Counted from the first letter of the stretch, positions 46,589 through 61,667 are shown. The stretch: 64,000 bases of DNA from Ignavibacteriales bacterium (GCA_016186715.1 JACPLA010000021.1:640-64639); one strand, 5' to 3'. The notes: generated by a model not told the origin, from the letters alone. Numbers and translations are program-made.

Positions 46589-47743
46589 ATGGAACGACGA
46601 AAGCTGCTGATCCTCTCTGCGACAGGCGGCGCCGGACACACGCGCGCAGCAGAGGCTCTTGAGGAGACGGCCCAATCATTGGACCTACCCATACAAGCCA
46701 ATCACTACGATTGCCTCGATTTCACCACGAAGGGCTTCAAGCGCCTGTACTCTGAGTCGTACCTTGCAATGGTCAACAAGGCACCGGAGCTTTGGGGCTA
46801 TCTCTATTCAAGATCGGAGATGAAGCCTTACGAGAAAAAAGGCCTCCTCAAACTGTTTGACGCCCTGAACTACAAGAATTACCTGAAATTTCTCCTGGAC
46901 GAGAAGCCCGATGCCTTGATCTGCACGCATTTCCTTCCTTACATTTCAATTTCGGGAGCATTACGAAAAGCTGGAATAACGGCTTCCGTCTTTGCCGCGA
47001 CCACTGACTTTGATGTCCACCAGTACTGGATCGACTCGGTTGTCAAACGATACTATGTGCATACAGAAGAATCTGCCTGGCAGCTGCGATCCAAGGGCGT
47101 TACGGCCGACAGGATTGATGTGAAGGGAATTCCCATAAAAAAGGAATTCGCCTCACGGGAAGAAAGATCCGCCGTTCGGCGACGCCTCAGCCTTTACCCG
47201 GACCGCCTCACCATTCTCATGGTGTGGGGAGGGTTCGGGGTGGGAAAAGCCGAGGAAATGGCGAAAGAGGTGATCGGTATGCTTGAAATCTTTCCGGAGC
47301 AGCGGTTCACGTTGCTGATAGTCTGCGGAAGGAATGAAAAACTCCGTCGACGTCTTTCCGAACAATCACCGCTGCCCCATGTCGACACTCATCTGTTTGG
47401 CTATGTCGAAAACGTCCACGAACTCATGAGCGCTTCCGATGTTCTCATCTCAAAGGCCGGCGGGCTCACCTCGGCAGAGTCGATGGCGCTCGGAATCCCC
47501 ATGATCATCGTTGACCCTATTCCAGGGCAAGAAACCCGAAACGCCGAAATGATTGTTGAGTGTCGCGCCGGATGGAAGGCCATGAATATTGCCAACCTGG
47601 GTTACAAGGTCAAGAGAATCGTTGAAAAGCCGGAATTGCTCGAGGAAGCGCGGGCGGCAACGTCCTTCCTGGCCCGGCCAACGGCTGCCCGGGATATTCT
47701 CAGCGACGTCTATGACACAGTGATCAAAGGAGACGCCAGATGA
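46589..47743 (+). CDS. GT28-family glycosyltransferase (MGDG-synthase / UgtP-like)
   Basis: N-terminal LILSATGGAGHTRAAEAL and a C-terminal GT-B domain. Confidence 0.7.
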   Translation: MERRKLLILSATGGAGHTRAAEALEETAQSLDLPIQANHYDCLDFTTKGFKRLYSESYLAMVNKAPELWGYLYSRSEMKPYEKKGLLKLFDALNYKNYLKFLLDEKPDALICTHFLPYISISGALRKAGITASVFAATTDFDVHQYWIDSVVKRYYVHTEESAWQLRSKGVTADRIDVKGIPIKKEFASREERSAVRRRLSLYPDRLTILMVWGGFGVGKAEEMAKEVIGMLEIFPEQRFTLLIVCGRNEKLRRRLSEQSPLPHVDTHLFGYVENVHELMSASDVLISKAGGLTSAESMALGIPMIIVDPIPGQETRNAEMIVECRAGWKAMNIANLGYKVKRIVEKPELLEEARAATSFLARPTAARDILSDVYDTVIKGDAR

Positions 47744-48543
47744 AAATCAAGCTGAATGGTCTCACGATGAACTATCAGGAACGCGGACTCCCCCAGGGGC
47801 TTCCCGTAATCTTCATCCACGGATTTCCTTTCGATCACACGATGTGGGAGTCTCAAATGATGGCACTCCCGCAGGAATACCGGGCGATTTCCTATGACGT
47901 GCGGGGGCACGGCCAAAGCGATGTGGCGGATGGTCAGTACTCGATCGAATTCTTTGTGGATGACCTCGTGGACCTGATGGACCATCTCGGGCTTAAAAAA
48001 GCTGTTCTCTGCGGATTGTCCATGGGTGGCTACATCGCTCTGCGCGCAACCGAGCGACATCCCAATCGGGTAAAGGCTTTGATCCTTTGTGACACGCGCA
48101 GTGAAGCCGACGCGAACGAGGCAAAGGTCAAGCGAGCCAACCAGATAAAAGCGGTCAAGACTGGCGGCGTCAAGCCGTTTGCGGAAGGATTCATCAAGGC
48201 CGTGTTTGCGCCGCAGACAATCAAGGAGAACCCTGTCGTTGTCGAATCGATTCGGACCGTCATCGAATCAACATCGCCGCTTGCGATTTGCGGTACCCTG
48301 CTCGCTCTTGCCGCCCGCACAGATACCACCGATTCCCTTCCCGCCATCAACGCGCCGACCATGATTCTCGTGGGAGAACACGATGCGCTGACTCCTCCGT
48401 CGGCCTCACGTTCTATGCACGAACGAATCCGCAGTTCCTCGCTTCATGTCGTCCCCCACGCCACACATTTGAGCAACCTGGAAAACCGGGCCTTTTTTAA
48501 CGAAAAGCTCCTTGCCTTTTTAAAATCCGTTCCGAAGCCATGA
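47740..48543 (+). CDS. alpha/beta-fold hydrolase
   Basis: The HG loop (VIFIHGFPFDH) and nucleophile elbow GLSMGG. Confidence 0.75.
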   Translation: MKIKLNGLTMNYQERGLPQGLPVIFIHGFPFDHTMWESQMMALPQEYRAISYDVRGHGQSDVADGQYSIEFFVDDLVDLMDHLGLKKAVLCGLSMGGYIALRATERHPNRVKALILCDTRSEADANEAKVKRANQIKAVKTGGVKPFAEGFIKAVFAPQTIKENPVVVESIRTVIESTSPLAICGTLLALAARTDTTDSLPAINAPTMILVGEHDALTPPSASRSMHERIRSSSLHVVPHATHLSNLENRAFFNEKLLAFLKSVPKP

Positions 48544-49225
48544 CGGGGCTCCGGACACTCCAGAACGAGGTCATCGGCTGTACCCGCTGCCCGCGTCTCG
48601 TACAGTGGAGAACCAGGGTCGCGACGGAAAAGACGAGACGTTTTCAGGACTGGAATTATTGGGGGAAGCCTGTTCCCGGATTCGGCGATGCCAGGGCTCG
48701 TTTGCTGATTGTCGGCCTGGCCCCTGCTGCGCATGGCGCCAACCGAACGGGCAGGATGTTTACCGGCGACCGGAGCGGCGATTGGCTGTATCGGGCTCTT
48801 CACAAGGCCGGCTTTGCCAGCAAGGCTCATGCCGAGTCCTGCAATGATGGACTCGTACTCAGAGATTGCTACATCACCGCTGCAGTGCGATGCGCTCCCC
48901 CGGCGAACAGGCCGACACCACGGGAAATTCAAAACTGCAAGACGTTTTTGATCCGGGAACTCACGCTTCTGCGTCGCGTGCGCGTGATCCTCGGCCTCGG
49001 GAGGATCGGCTTTGTTGCGGCATTCAAGGGCTGCCGCGAAGCCGGCCTCACTGCCTCAAAGATCATTCCGCGGTTCGGTCATGGAGTCCGTGTGAGCCTG
49101 AACGCGCACCTTACACTCATGGGATCCTTTCATCCCAGCCAGCAAAACACCTTCACGGGAAAACTAACGGAACCGATGTTCGATTCCATATTTCACCAAG
49201 CGAGGATTCTTCTCCGTAAAGAACT

Positions 49226-49229
<4 letters not shown>
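48540..49229 (+). CDS. uracil-DNA glycosylase, family 4/5 (UdgB-like)
   Basis: CTRCPRL Fe-S Cys and the GLAPAAHGANRTGRMFTGD motif. Confidence 0.8.
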
Positions 49230-52716
<3,487 letters not shown>

Positions 52717-52728
52717 TCCGCCTGACCG

Positions 52729-53574
52729 ATGAGAGTCCTTGTCCCTGTTGCCGGTCTTGTTCTCTTTCTTTCTTCCCCCCTGCTTTCCCAATGTTCAGAT
52801 GCGGGTGTGTGTTCAATCGGCCCTCGGACGCTCGAACCCGGGCATTCTGTTTCTGCACACTACACCTTTGGCTCCAGCGGATCTCCTGACGATCTCACGG
52901 TTCATACAGTCGATGTGAGCGGATCTTTTCGCATCCTCGAAAACTCCCGGCTCTCGGTGAAACTCCCCTACAGCGCCCAGTCCGGACCTCTCGGCTCGGT
53001 GCAGGGGATTGGAGACGTGACGATCCTTTGGGATCAACTCGTTTTTCCCGACGAACCGTTCACCGTCCGGATTACGGCAGGCGGAAAGATCGCCACAGGT
53101 TCCGTCAAAAATGGAAATCTGCCCCAGGCCTATCAAAGCGGACTTGGTACCAACGATGTCCTTGTCGGTGTGAGCGTCGAGCGCAACCTATGGAACGCAT
53201 CGATTGCCTATCAGATCTCCAGAGGGAGAAGCGACAATCCTCGCGATCGCCTGAGGCGAGGCGATGATATGCTCCTCCGCGCGGGCTACGCGGTGCAATT
53301 TGATGCCTGGAATGCCGGCGCAGAAGTCCTGCTTATCCGACGCCTAAGAGAGTCGAGCATCCTCGATTCGGTGCTCGGACAGCCTGAATCATTCGTCAAC
53401 ATCCGCGGGAGCGACCAGACGCAAATCAATCTTCTGGCAAGAGCGGGTCTGCCCGTTTCAGAGAGCATCGAACTCCGCGCCGTCACGGCAATCCCCCTTC
53501 TTCAACGAAAGAACAATATCGACGGCCTCAAGAGGGCGCTCACTCTTTCGGCCGGACTCGCTTATTCCTTTTGA
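52729..53574 (+). CDS. hypothetical outer-membrane beta-barrel protein
   Basis: Signal peptide, alternating amphipathic strands, and a terminal ...AYSF. Confidence 0.45.
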   Translation: MRVLVPVAGLVLFLSSPLLSQCSDAGVCSIGPRTLEPGHSVSAHYTFGSSGSPDDLTVHTVDVSGSFRILENSRLSVKLPYSAQSGPLGSVQGIGDVTILWDQLVFPDEPFTVRITAGGKIATGSVKNGNLPQAYQSGLGTNDVLVGVSVERNLWNASIAYQISRGRSDNPRDRLRRGDDMLLRAGYAVQFDAWNAGAEVLLIRRLRESSILDSVLGQPESFVNIRGSDQTQINLLARAGLPVSESIELRAVTAIPLLQRKNNIDGLKRALTLSAGLAYSF

Positions 53575-53578
53575 CCCC

Positions 53579-54562
53579 ATGAGAAACGTCCTCGTGACCG
53601 GCGGCACGGGATTCATTGGATCGAACCTCGCTGCCGCTCTCGTACGGGAAGGCCACAACGTTCGCATCCTGAGACGGGCCTCCTCCGATCTTCGAGCCAC
53701 CGGGAGCATCGACGCGGACTACATCATCGGAGATGTCAGGGATCCGGATTCCGTCCGCAAGGCGATCAAAGGATGCGATACAGTGTTCCATGTTGCGGCC
53801 CTCGTTTCGTATTGGAAACGGCGCCGGCAGGAATTGTACGATATCAATGTCGGTGGGACTGCAAATATTGTTCAGGCCTGTCTTGAGTATGGAATCGAAA
53901 AGATGGTGCATACAAGCTCCGTCGCCGCCGTTGGTTTCGCCGGCAATCGCGTCCTGGCGAATGAGTTAACCGAATTCAACTGGGACGCGCATGATGTTGG
54001 GTACAGAATTTCGAAGTCCCGGGCCGAACGGGAGGTCTTGAGGGGCGTAGAACGGGGACTCCCAGCCGTCATCGTCAACCCGTCGGTCGTGGTCGGAGAG
54101 CGGGATCTTCATTTCAACGGAGGACAAATCATCCGTGACGTCTACCGGAAGCGCATCTTCTACGACGTTCGCGGCGGATTCAGCATCGTGTACGTCGGAG
54201 ATGTCGTAAAGGGACATCTCGAAGCCGCACGCCGGGGGCGCATCGGTCAACGATACATCCTTTCAGGAGAAAACCTGACCCACAGGGAGATCCTGTCAAT
54301 CACGGCCGACGTTGTAGGTGGATTCAAACCCTTGTTCCGACTTCCCCTTTGGATGACCAAAGGATTGGCCGCAGCCTCCGAATCCTTCGGGAACCTCGCC
54401 AACAGGAAACCCTGGATCACAAGAGAGTTGGTCGCGGGGATCGGGCTTACTGTCTGGTTTTCCTGTGAAAAAGCAAAACGCGAACTGAATTATTCTGTCA
54501 CGCCATTCCGAACCGCCGTTCGGCGCACATTCGAGTGGTACAGGAACGAACAGATGCTCTGA
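53579..54562 (+). CDS. NAD-dependent epimerase/dehydratase (SDR)
   Basis: [14 protein letters not shown] Rossmann motif. Confidence 0.8.
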   Translation: MRNVLVTGGTGFIGSNLAAALVREGHNVRILRRASSDLRATGSIDADYIIGDVRDPDSVRKAIKGCDTVFHVAALVSYWKRRRQELYDINVGGTANIVQACLEYGIEKMVHTSSVAAVGFAGNRVLANELTEFNWDAHDVGYRISKSRAEREVLRGVERGLPAVIVNPSVVVGERDLHFNGGQIIRDVYRKRIFYDVRGGFSIVYVGDVVKGHLEAARRGRIGQRYILSGENLTHREILSITADVVGGFKPLFRLPLWMTKGLAAASESFGNLANRKPWITRELVAGIGLTVWFSCEKAKRELNYSVTPFRTAVRRTFEWYRNEQML

Positions 54563-54570
54563 CCGCCTTC

Positions 54571-55860
54571 ATGAAAACATCACGATCGAAAAAACTCTTC
54601 GCCAAGTCCCAGAAACTTCTTCCCGGGGGCGTCAACTCGCCCGTGCGCGCCTTCAAATCGGTCGACCGAGACCCCCTTTTTATCGCCCGGGCCAAGGGTC
54701 CGTCCGTCTGGGATGTAGACGGAAATCGGTTTATCGACTATGTCGGATCGTGGGGACCGATGATTCTTGGACACGCTCATGCCGGGATACTTCGAGCTGT
54801 CCGGCAGGCGGCTGAAAAAGGAACGAGCTTTGGAGCTCCCACGGAGCGCGAAACTCTCCTGGCGGAGCTGATTACGAAGGTTGTTCCGTCCATTGAAATC
54901 GTGCGGATGGTAAATTCCGGAACCGAAGCAACCATGAGCGCCATTCGCCTTGCGCGTGCATTCACCGGAAAGGAAAAGATTATCAAGTTCGAAGGTTGTT
55001 ACCACGGCCATGCCGATTCTTTCCTGATTAAGGCGGGCTCGGGAGCCCTCACGTTAGGGACACCTGACAGCCCAGGCGTCCCTGCGGCAACCGCCTCGGG
55101 AACGCTGAGCGCTCCATTCAACGACCTCGCGTCAGTTCAGCAGCTCGTCGATCAGTGGAAGGGCGAAGTTGCAGCTCTGATTGTTGAACCGGTCGCGGGC
55201 AACATGGGTTGTGTCCCACCCGGAGCCGGATTTCTGCAGGGGTTGAGGGATCTGTGCAGCAGGGAACATATCGTTCTGATCTTCGACGAAGTGATGACGG
55301 GATTTCGCGTGGCTCCGGGAGGAGCTCAGGAGTTATACAGCGTGCGGCCCGATCTCACAACGCTTGGGAAGATCATCGGCGGCGGGCTGCCCGTCGGAGC
55401 TTACGGAGGAAAGAAGGAAATCATGAATCTTGTATCCCCGTCGGGACCTGTCTACCAGGCAGGCACGTTGTCGGGCAACCCGCTGGCAATGGCTGCCGGT
55501 CATGAAATGCTGAGAACACTTTCGAAATCAAAATCCATTTATAAGAAACTCGAGTTTTTGGGGAAGATCCTTGAAGAGGGAATGAACGATCATCTGAGGA
55601 AGGTCGGCCTGCCCTACTGCCTGAACCGTGTCGGGTCGATGTTCACTCTCTTCTTCACCGAGAGGGAAGTCGTCGACTTCGGATCGGCGAAGTCGTCGGA
55701 TACAAAGCGATTCGCAGCGTATTTCAATCGGATGCTCGAACAGGGGGTCTATCTTCCGCCATCGCAATTCGAAGCCGCTTTCATCTCCGCAGCTCACACG
55801 GAGAAAGATCTGGAGCGGACCATCACAGCGTTCAAGAAGGCCGTCATGCCCGTCGGTTAA
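54571..55860 (+). CDS. hemL: glutamate-1-semialdehyde 2,1-aminomutase HemL
   Basis: [13 protein letters not shown] and the PLP-Lys region. The start is taken at MKTSRSKK. Confidence 0.9.
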   Translation: MKTSRSKKLFAKSQKLLPGGVNSPVRAFKSVDRDPLFIARAKGPSVWDVDGNRFIDYVGSWGPMILGHAHAGILRAVRQAAEKGTSFGAPTERETLLAELITKVVPSIEIVRMVNSGTEATMSAIRLARAFTGKEKIIKFEGCYHGHADSFLIKAGSGALTLGTPDSPGVPAATASGTLSAPFNDLASVQQLVDQWKGEVAALIVEPVAGNMGCVPPGAGFLQGLRDLCSREHIVLIFDEVMTGFRVAPGGAQELYSVRPDLTTLGKIIGGGLPVGAYGGKKEIMNLVSPSGPVYQAGTLSGNPLAMAAGHEMLRTLSKSKSIYKKLEFLGKILEEGMNDHLRKVGLPYCLNRVGSMFTLFFTEREVVDFGSAKSSDTKRFAAYFNRMLEQGVYLPPSQFEAAFISAAHTEKDLERTITAFKKAVMPVG

Positions 55861-55883
55861 AACCGACGGCTCGATTCTGGCGA

Positions 55884-55910
55884 ATCCCCCAAAAGACGGG
55901 GATTTTTTTG
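55884..55910 (+). terminator. rho-independent terminator after hemL
   Basis: atcccccaaaagacgggggat followed by tttttttg. Confidence 0.7.
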
Positions 55911-56211
55911 TTCCCTAGACAACAACATTGTAGAGTCCGGTCCGCGACCGGACACGAAGGCTTGTGAGGTCCGATTACGAATCGGACTCTACAAGGCGTC
56001 GGATTTGAGCCAAAGGCTCATTCCCGCCAGCCTAAGTCCGGGCCTGATGGAGGCGGGCTGGCGCCTCTGGCGAATATCCGATGCCGTGCCTCCGGCACAG
56101 CCGCGCTTTGGAACTCCGTGCTTCGCCTTCCGATGCTCCCAAAGGAACAAAAGCAAAGGCCATGCTGATCGCTCAAGATGGCCTTTTGTACACGATAGTT
56201 TCTGAAAACCG

Positions 56212-57729
56212 TTACCGGACTTCTCCCTGTAATGCCGGGGACGACGCCGTCCGGGCGCCGAAAATCCCCCCGGGCGTGGTTACTGTGATGGTCACCGAAA
56301 ACGGATAGGGCGGCGGGCCTGTTGGAGTGGCATTGGGATCTTTTGAGATGTTGACGCTGAAAGATGTCCAGAACGAAGACTGGGTATCTGGGATGGTATT
56401 ACTAGGCGAGACTCTGGAAACAACTGCAGGTGCACCGCCGGTCACTTCGACGGCAATTGTGCTTCCACCCGCTACAGGGTTGAGATTTAGGTCATATACC
56501 GTGAAGGTTATTGTCGCCTGGGTTGTGGAATCGACCACGATGGGCGGACCCGGGGAACTCGTGATCGCAATAATCGGATCGGCCGAAAAGAGATGAGGGA
56601 TGGAATCCAGGACCTGAACTCCGTTTTCCCCGAGCGTTCGTGCAGTGACCTGACCGAAGCCATCCGGCGAGAAAGGGTTTCCTGAAATTATGGTAACTGT
56701 GGCAAATCCTTGCACGTTAGTTTGTCCCGAGTTGGTCGTAATCACGCCCTGGGTCGTCGTGAAGTACACGGCCGTTCCCGGCTGTACCGGATTCCCGAAC
56801 CTGTCTCCAACCAGAACCGTAATCCCGCCTGTGCCTCCGATGTATCCATAACCAAAGACATTTCTTGGATTTGCTCCAAGGGAGAAATGTGCCTGATCCG
56901 GTAGGCCTCCGTGAATGAGTATCCGCACAGGGCTTGAAACAACCTGCTGGCCGTCGGTATCCCGAGTCAGCGAAGCGGTGAGTTGAAGTGTCCCGGCAAT
57001 TGTTCCACTGTTCACAACGGTTGCAGCGCGGCCTGCTGAATTTGTGAAGGCCGACGTCGGAGAAACATATGCGCCGCCCGCTACAGGGACTCCCGTAATC
57101 GAAAAGTTGATCGTGTCTGCCACGGCGGATGTGATGGGAAAGCCAAGCGAGTCCCGGGCCTCGAATGTGAGAATAGCGCTCTCGGTTCCGCCCACCCCAT
57201 AGATTGCCAGCTGGACACTCCCACTGACGTACGCAATCGTATTTGCGTAGCCGCTTCCCGGCGCCGGGGGCGGAAGAATTGTCGTGGTATCCCGTTGGAG
57301 CTGAAAATCCTGCGTCTGAGATGCGCCGGGAACCAGTGAGACAACTCTACTAGCGGACCGATATCCGCTCTTGCTTAAGTTCATGGTACCGGAGGCCGCA
57401 TTACTGTCGGGGAGATCTATCGTAAAGTTGTACGACCCGTCGTTTGCCGAAGTTGTATTATAGGTTTGACTGGCAGTTGTCAACCCAATCGCTACCGCGG
57501 ACAGCGGGAGAGCGGTCCCCTGTTCGGAAACTACGCCCGTAACGATTGCGGTGGTCGGAGTCGCCCCCAGCGGACCCGTCGGTTCGTCCTTCTTGCAGCT
57601 CAGAAGGACAATCAGGACAAGAGGCACCACTTTGGTCAGAGCTCTCAGCGTGAAATTCATATCTCGTTCCCTTCGATGAATTCGTACAGGAAACAATTTC
57701 CTCATTGCAGCGAAGTTTCTCTGTGACAC
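56212..57729 (-). CDS. surface lipoprotein with Ig-like/S,T,G-rich repeats
   Basis: Lipobox LLSC, then long Thr/Ser/Gly-rich beta-rich sequence. Function unknown. Confidence 0.5.
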   Translation of the reverse strand: MSQRNFAAMRKLFPVRIHRRERDMNFTLRALTKVVPLVLIVLLSCKKDEPTGPLGATPTTAIVTGVVSEQGTALPLSAVAIGLTTASQTYNTTSANDGSYNFTIDLPDSNAASGTMNLSKSGYRSASRVVSLVPGASQTQDFQLQRDTTTILPPPAPGSGYANTIAYVSGSVQLAIYGVGGTESAILTFEARDSLGFPITSAVADTINFSITGVPVAGGAYVSPTSAFTNSAGRAATVVNSGTIAGTLQLTASLTRDTDGQQVVSSPVRILIHGGLPDQAHFSLGANPRNVFGYGYIGGTGGITVLVGDRFGNPVQPGTAVYFTTTQGVITTNSGQTNVQGFATVTIISGNPFSPDGFGQVTARTLGENGVQVLDSIPHLFSADPIIAITSSPGPPIVVDSTTQATITFTVYDLNLNPVAGGSTIAVEVTGGAPAVVSRVSPSNTIPDTQSSFWTSFSVNISKDPNATPTGPPPYPFSVTITVTTPGGIFGARTASSPALQGEVR

Positions 57730-57732
57730 CCG

Positions 57733-59172
57733 TCAATCCTTCCCGCTTTGCGAGCGTTTCTTGATGTCTAGTCGCCCTTCTTTCAGGCGTTCTTCAATCA
57801 CATTCCGGGCTTTTTGGGTGACCCGTTCCTCCAGCGTCGGTACAAGGTCAGCCCTTAAAAGTACGATCAGTTCCTTTTTGGTCACCTGCTGCCGGTCGTA
57901 TCCGAAAATGTACCGAAGACCTAACACCCACCAGGGGAGATCTTTGAGGATCGGAATCCCTTCCCTCACAATGTTCTCATCGTTGAGAAAAAGTCCTCCT
58001 ACATAGTTTTCTTCCCCATTCAGAAGAAGAAGCTTGCTCTCTGCTTTGGTTTTGTTGATACGCGACGTCGCAGGGTCGATCAACGAGCTCCGTTCGACCG
58101 AAAGGGAGATGTCAATGAAATCCATTCCGTCATAGGTATAAACCGTGGGGGTCACCTCAAGGATCGTCCCGGTGCTGACAAATGTCTCGGTAATGTCCCC
58201 CGAAATTGTCCGTTGTTTCACAGAAAAATCTTCGCCAACCTGAACCCTTCCTTTGATCCCCGACCGAACTGAGACCTGTGGGCGGGCTATTACTTCACCA
58301 ATGGCATTGGACTCGAATATTTTCAGCGCCGAGGTTATATCCACCTCCAGCTGGCCCTGCGCTGTGCTCGCTGTGACGCCGAAAATGTCGCTGCTCACCC
58401 GGCCCGAGCCCTGAAATTCAACCCCCAAATTCCAGTCGGTCGCACTCGACCGGAAAATCGAGAAGCTGATTCCGGACTCACGGAGCTTTGAAGTGTTGAT
58501 CTCGAGGAAGATCGCCGAAATCGTTACCTCACGCTCCTTCGCGAGGGCTGCTGCAGAGTCGGCTGCAGTAAGCGTCGGGAATCCCGTGATGGGCTGAACA
58601 GGACGCACTCCGGTCTCCGGCACTGGTTGCTGCGGTGTTGGTTCAACTCCCGGTGGCGTTCCCAGAGGAACTCCCTGCGGGGTCACAAGCTGGAAATAGT
58701 CCGGCAGTTCCCGGTACCAAATCCCGTTGGAACGAAGAATAGTCTCCAGGGCGGTTCGCCACGGCATCTCGATAATGTCCACGCCGATTTTCTTTCCCGT
58801 GAAATATTCTCCCGCAAAGACGATGGGCTTGTTGGTCAGCTTTTTGGACAATTCGCTGAGGGAAAGGAGCGCCTGCTCAACATCCATGTCGCTCTTGAAC
58901 GAAACGATTTCCTGAGGATCGATGCCGACTTTCCCCCGCTCCGCCCGCCTCAGAAGCATTTCGTCCCGAACCTGCGCATCGACGTCGGTAACAAAGATCA
59001 GAACGCAGAGGCACGCAATCATCATTCGTAAGTTCATAACTACCTCTTTAGGTTTATCTCCGCCCAAACTGAATTTGCTTTTCGACCTTGCGGATGATTC
59101 CGCCCTCGTCGAGGATGAATTCGATCCTGCTCTCCTGCGGGACAATCTTACTGACATATCCGCGCCAGACAC
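57733..59172 (-). CDS. pilQ: type IV pilus secretin PilQ-like (secretin family). The likely real start is the internal Met near 59043.
   Basis: Secretin N-domains and a C-terminal secretin domain (...LPWWVLGLRYIFGYD...ELIVLLRADLV). Confidence 0.7.
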   Translation of the reverse strand: MSGADMSVRLSRRRAGSNSSSTRAESSARSKSKFSLGGDKPKEVVMNLRMMIACLCVLIFVTDVDAQVRDEMLLRRAERGKVGIDPQEIVSFKSDMDVEQALLSLSELSKKLTNKPIVFAGEYFTGKKIGVDIIEMPWRTALETILRSNGIWYRELPDYFQLVTPQGVPLGTPPGVEPTPQQPVPETGVRPVQPITGFPTLTAADSAAALAKEREVTISAIFLEINTSKLRESGISFSIFRSSATDWNLGVEFQGSGRVSSDIFGVTASTAQGQLEVDITSALKIFESNAIGEVIARPQVSVRSGIKGRVQVGEDFSVKQRTISGDITETFVSTGTILEVTPTVYTYDGMDFIDISLSVERSSLIDPATSRINKTKAESKLLLLNGEENYVGGLFLNDENIVREGIPILKDLPWWVLGLRYIFGYDRQQVTKKELIVLLRADLVPTLEERVTQKARNVIEERLKEGRLDIKKRSQSGKD

Positions 59173-59935
59173 GGTCTCCCAAATGAAGAACCTGCAGCTC
59201 GTTTTCGTACAGGATAAACGCCTTTCCGGGTAACACAGCCTTTAAGTCGACATTATCGGCGTTGATCACGCCCACGGGGGCGTTCGACGCCAACGCCTGC
59301 AGAATCAGCGGGTTGAATGGATCAAACGGGGCACGGGCCAGCCCAAGTGCTTTTGCCGCCAGGGAACTCGCCAGCTCGGGAATTTTGGAGTAGTAGGCGT
59401 GTAATTCCATTGTAAAGGCAATCCACTTCTTTGTCTCGTTCGTCTCCGGATCCACCTGCTCCTGCTGTTGGAGGTTCAACGTGTTGATCTTGTATAGTTT
59501 CTTCCCGTTTTCGAGATAATAAACAAACTTGTAGAGATTACTAAATGGGGCCTCGCCGTCCTGGAGAAGATAGATATTATATCCCCACCTCGCGAAATCG
59601 CGGGGCCCGCCGTAGATCATGTTGAACGTCAGAAACCCGGCTTCGTCGATTCCACGGCTCATGTACGCGTACGTCTGCGAAGTGATATCGGTCGGCGGAA
59701 TTTCCTTGCTGCGCGAGTCGTATTTCCGCTTGACGTCAAAATACTGCTCCGTGAGCGTCTTCACCTGTTCGATGAGGAAGGGCAACTCCTGAAGCTCACG
59801 CTCCAGACTTCGAATGTCCCGCACGGCGGTGTCCAACTGGCGGGGCTGAATAAAGAACCAATAGACGAACCCGCCGCCCGAAATCAGCAGGAAGAAGACA
59901 CCCAGAACAACCGTATTGCGAAGTTTAAACGACAT
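59054..59935 (-). CDS. PilO/PilP-like single-pass membrane protein
   Basis: N-terminal TM, then a coiled coil, positioned between pilMN and pilQ. Confidence 0.45.
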   Translation of the reverse strand: MSFKLRNTVVLGVFFLLISGGGFVYWFFIQPRQLDTAVRDIRSLERELQELPFLIEQVKTLTEQYFDVKRKYDSRSKEIPPTDITSQTYAYMSRGIDEAGFLTFNMIYGGPRDFARWGYNIYLLQDGEAPFSNLYKFVYYLENGKKLYKINTLNLQQQEQVDPETNETKKWIAFTMELHAYYSKIPELASSLAAKALGLARAPFDPFNPLILQALASNAPVGVINADNVDLKAVLPGKAFILYENELQVLHLGDRVWRGYVSKIVPQESRIEFILDEGGIIRKVEKQIQFGRR

Positions 59936-60062
59936 GAGGTCTCCTTAGTCCTTCGATTCACAAAGCCGACAACGAATTTGTTCACTCAGGACTAAGTGCT
60001 GAGTGAGCAATTTCCCGAATGTTCCGCCACTTATACGTTACCGGAATTGCGAACCGAAGCAC

Positions 60063-61667
60063 TTAGCGCCCGGCCACTGGTCGCGGCGGAACTGCAAACT
60101 GGGCCCTATCGATCTGGTCAACCTGCAAATCGAACTCGTACACAATCTTCTCCCGGATCGTTCTCGTGCGAACCGCCTTCAGGGTCGCTTTTTCGAACAA
60201 GCTTGCCAGGCGCGGGATCCGTGTCCGGTAGATCGACCGTCCACTGATCACAAGCGCGGTAGGATTCCCCGCGTCCTGCTGAATCTGATAAATCCAGAGA
60301 GAATTCAGGTCTTCGACACTGTTGGAAAGATAATGAAGAATCCGGCTCCAGCGATCGCCGCCCGGCGCGATTGAATCGTACACCTGCGCAGCCGTCGAAA
60401 ACCGCGCGATGCCGGCCGTCAGCGTGTCCCTCTGCTGCCGCAAAACAACAAGGTCGCTGAACTCGGTCTGCCGCCTCTTCAGCAACTCCTGGGCCGCTCT
60501 GATTTCCTGGTTTCTCGAAATGATGGAAGTGTAAAAGAACACGATGGAAACCATGCTGAGGACAGCCAACAGCCACCCATGCCAGGCCAGCTTGAAAGCC
60601 TTCTGCTCTTCAAGAATCGAAGTCGGGATCAGGTTAACATCGTAAAAACCCGGATGCGCGGGCTGGAGCAATCTCCATGCCGTTGCAAGCGGAACGGAGT
60701 ATTCCGAAAGGGCCTCGCCCACCGATTCCTCGAACATGCTGAGGTCAAGCTCGCTCGAAGTCAGGTATTCTACGGCCGAACTGCTAAACTGAGGAGCCAG
60801 CGCCTCGCGCAGGTTCACCTTGTGCCCGTCGCCTGCCAGCAGGATGCGGTCGATCCGCGCAAGGGCTATGTTATCCTGCTCCAGGAGAATACGACTGTAG
60901 AGCGTATTTTCGATGTTCGGGGAGTTATATCCTTCGCTGATCACGGGGGCAAAATGCAGATAGTTGCCCCCCTGCATAAAGATGAGACGCGTAAACTCGT
61001 TGCCGACGTACGCGATAACGGAAATCTCTCCCTCTTGGAGCTGATAGCTGGCCCGGACGAAATTCATCAGCGCAACATCCGCACTGTCGATGATGCGGAG
61101 GTTGGGCAAACGGTTCCCTATGAACGGTTTGATTTCGAGGAGAACGTCGTACAACTTGAGTCCGTCTTCGCGCGTGACGGAGAGCAATCCCCCGGTGGAT
61201 GTGGGGATCATGTCGAGGCCGTCGAGGGCAGGAGGCGCCGAGCGCATCGACGACAATTCCTGCACAAGCTGTTTTTTCAGCTTGAGACCTTTCAGTCCGA
61301 AGTCGGTTTCGAATTCATGGTAGGTGACTGCCGGCTCACTCAGGGTAAAGGCGAGGTCGTATTTGGTGGGTGGGATGTCTCCTATGGTGGCCAGGAGAAC
61401 GGATGCGTTCGTGTTGCCTTCTCCGCCCCCCGCTTCCGTAGGCGGAGGAGCGGCGAATGTCTCTGTTCCCAAATCCCCGAAACCTGCTGCTTCTTCCGGC
61501 TCAACGCCGGCGGCCGCTTTTTCTTCAAACTTCTGAACCAGCGCGACCGTTTTGAAATCTCTCAACTGAACTGTGCTGCCCCTGAGGGAAAGCTGGACAT
61601 ACTTGAGTTCGAGGCCATCGACAAACAGGGCAACCGCCGTTTTGCCTTGGCCGGCCTGGTATGGCAT
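60063..61667 (-). CDS. pilMN: PilM (actin-like ATPase) fused to PilN (TM + coiled coil)
   Basis: N-terminal PilM pattern, then a TM helix (LLAVLSMVSIVFFYTSII) and a PilN-like coiled coil. Confidence 0.65.
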   Translation of the reverse strand: MPYQAGQGKTAVALFVDGLELKYVQLSLRGSTVQLRDFKTVALVQKFEEKAAAGVEPEEAAGFGDLGTETFAAPPPTEAGGGEGNTNASVLLATIGDIPPTKYDLAFTLSEPAVTYHEFETDFGLKGLKLKKQLVQELSSMRSAPPALDGLDMIPTSTGGLLSVTREDGLKLYDVLLEIKPFIGNRLPNLRIIDSADVALMNFVRASYQLQEGEISVIAYVGNEFTRLIFMQGGNYLHFAPVISEGYNSPNIENTLYSRILLEQDNIALARIDRILLAGDGHKVNLREALAPQFSSSAVEYLTSSELDLSMFEESVGEALSEYSVPLATAWRLLQPAHPGFYDVNLIPTSILEEQKAFKLAWHGWLLAVLSMVSIVFFYTSIISRNQEIRAAQELLKRRQTEFSDLVVLRQQRDTLTAGIARFSTAAQVYDSIAPGGDRWSRILHYLSNSVEDLNSLWIYQIQQDAGNPTALVISGRSIYRTRIPRLASLFEKATLKAVRTRTIREKIVYEFDLQVDQIDRAQFAVPPRPVAGR

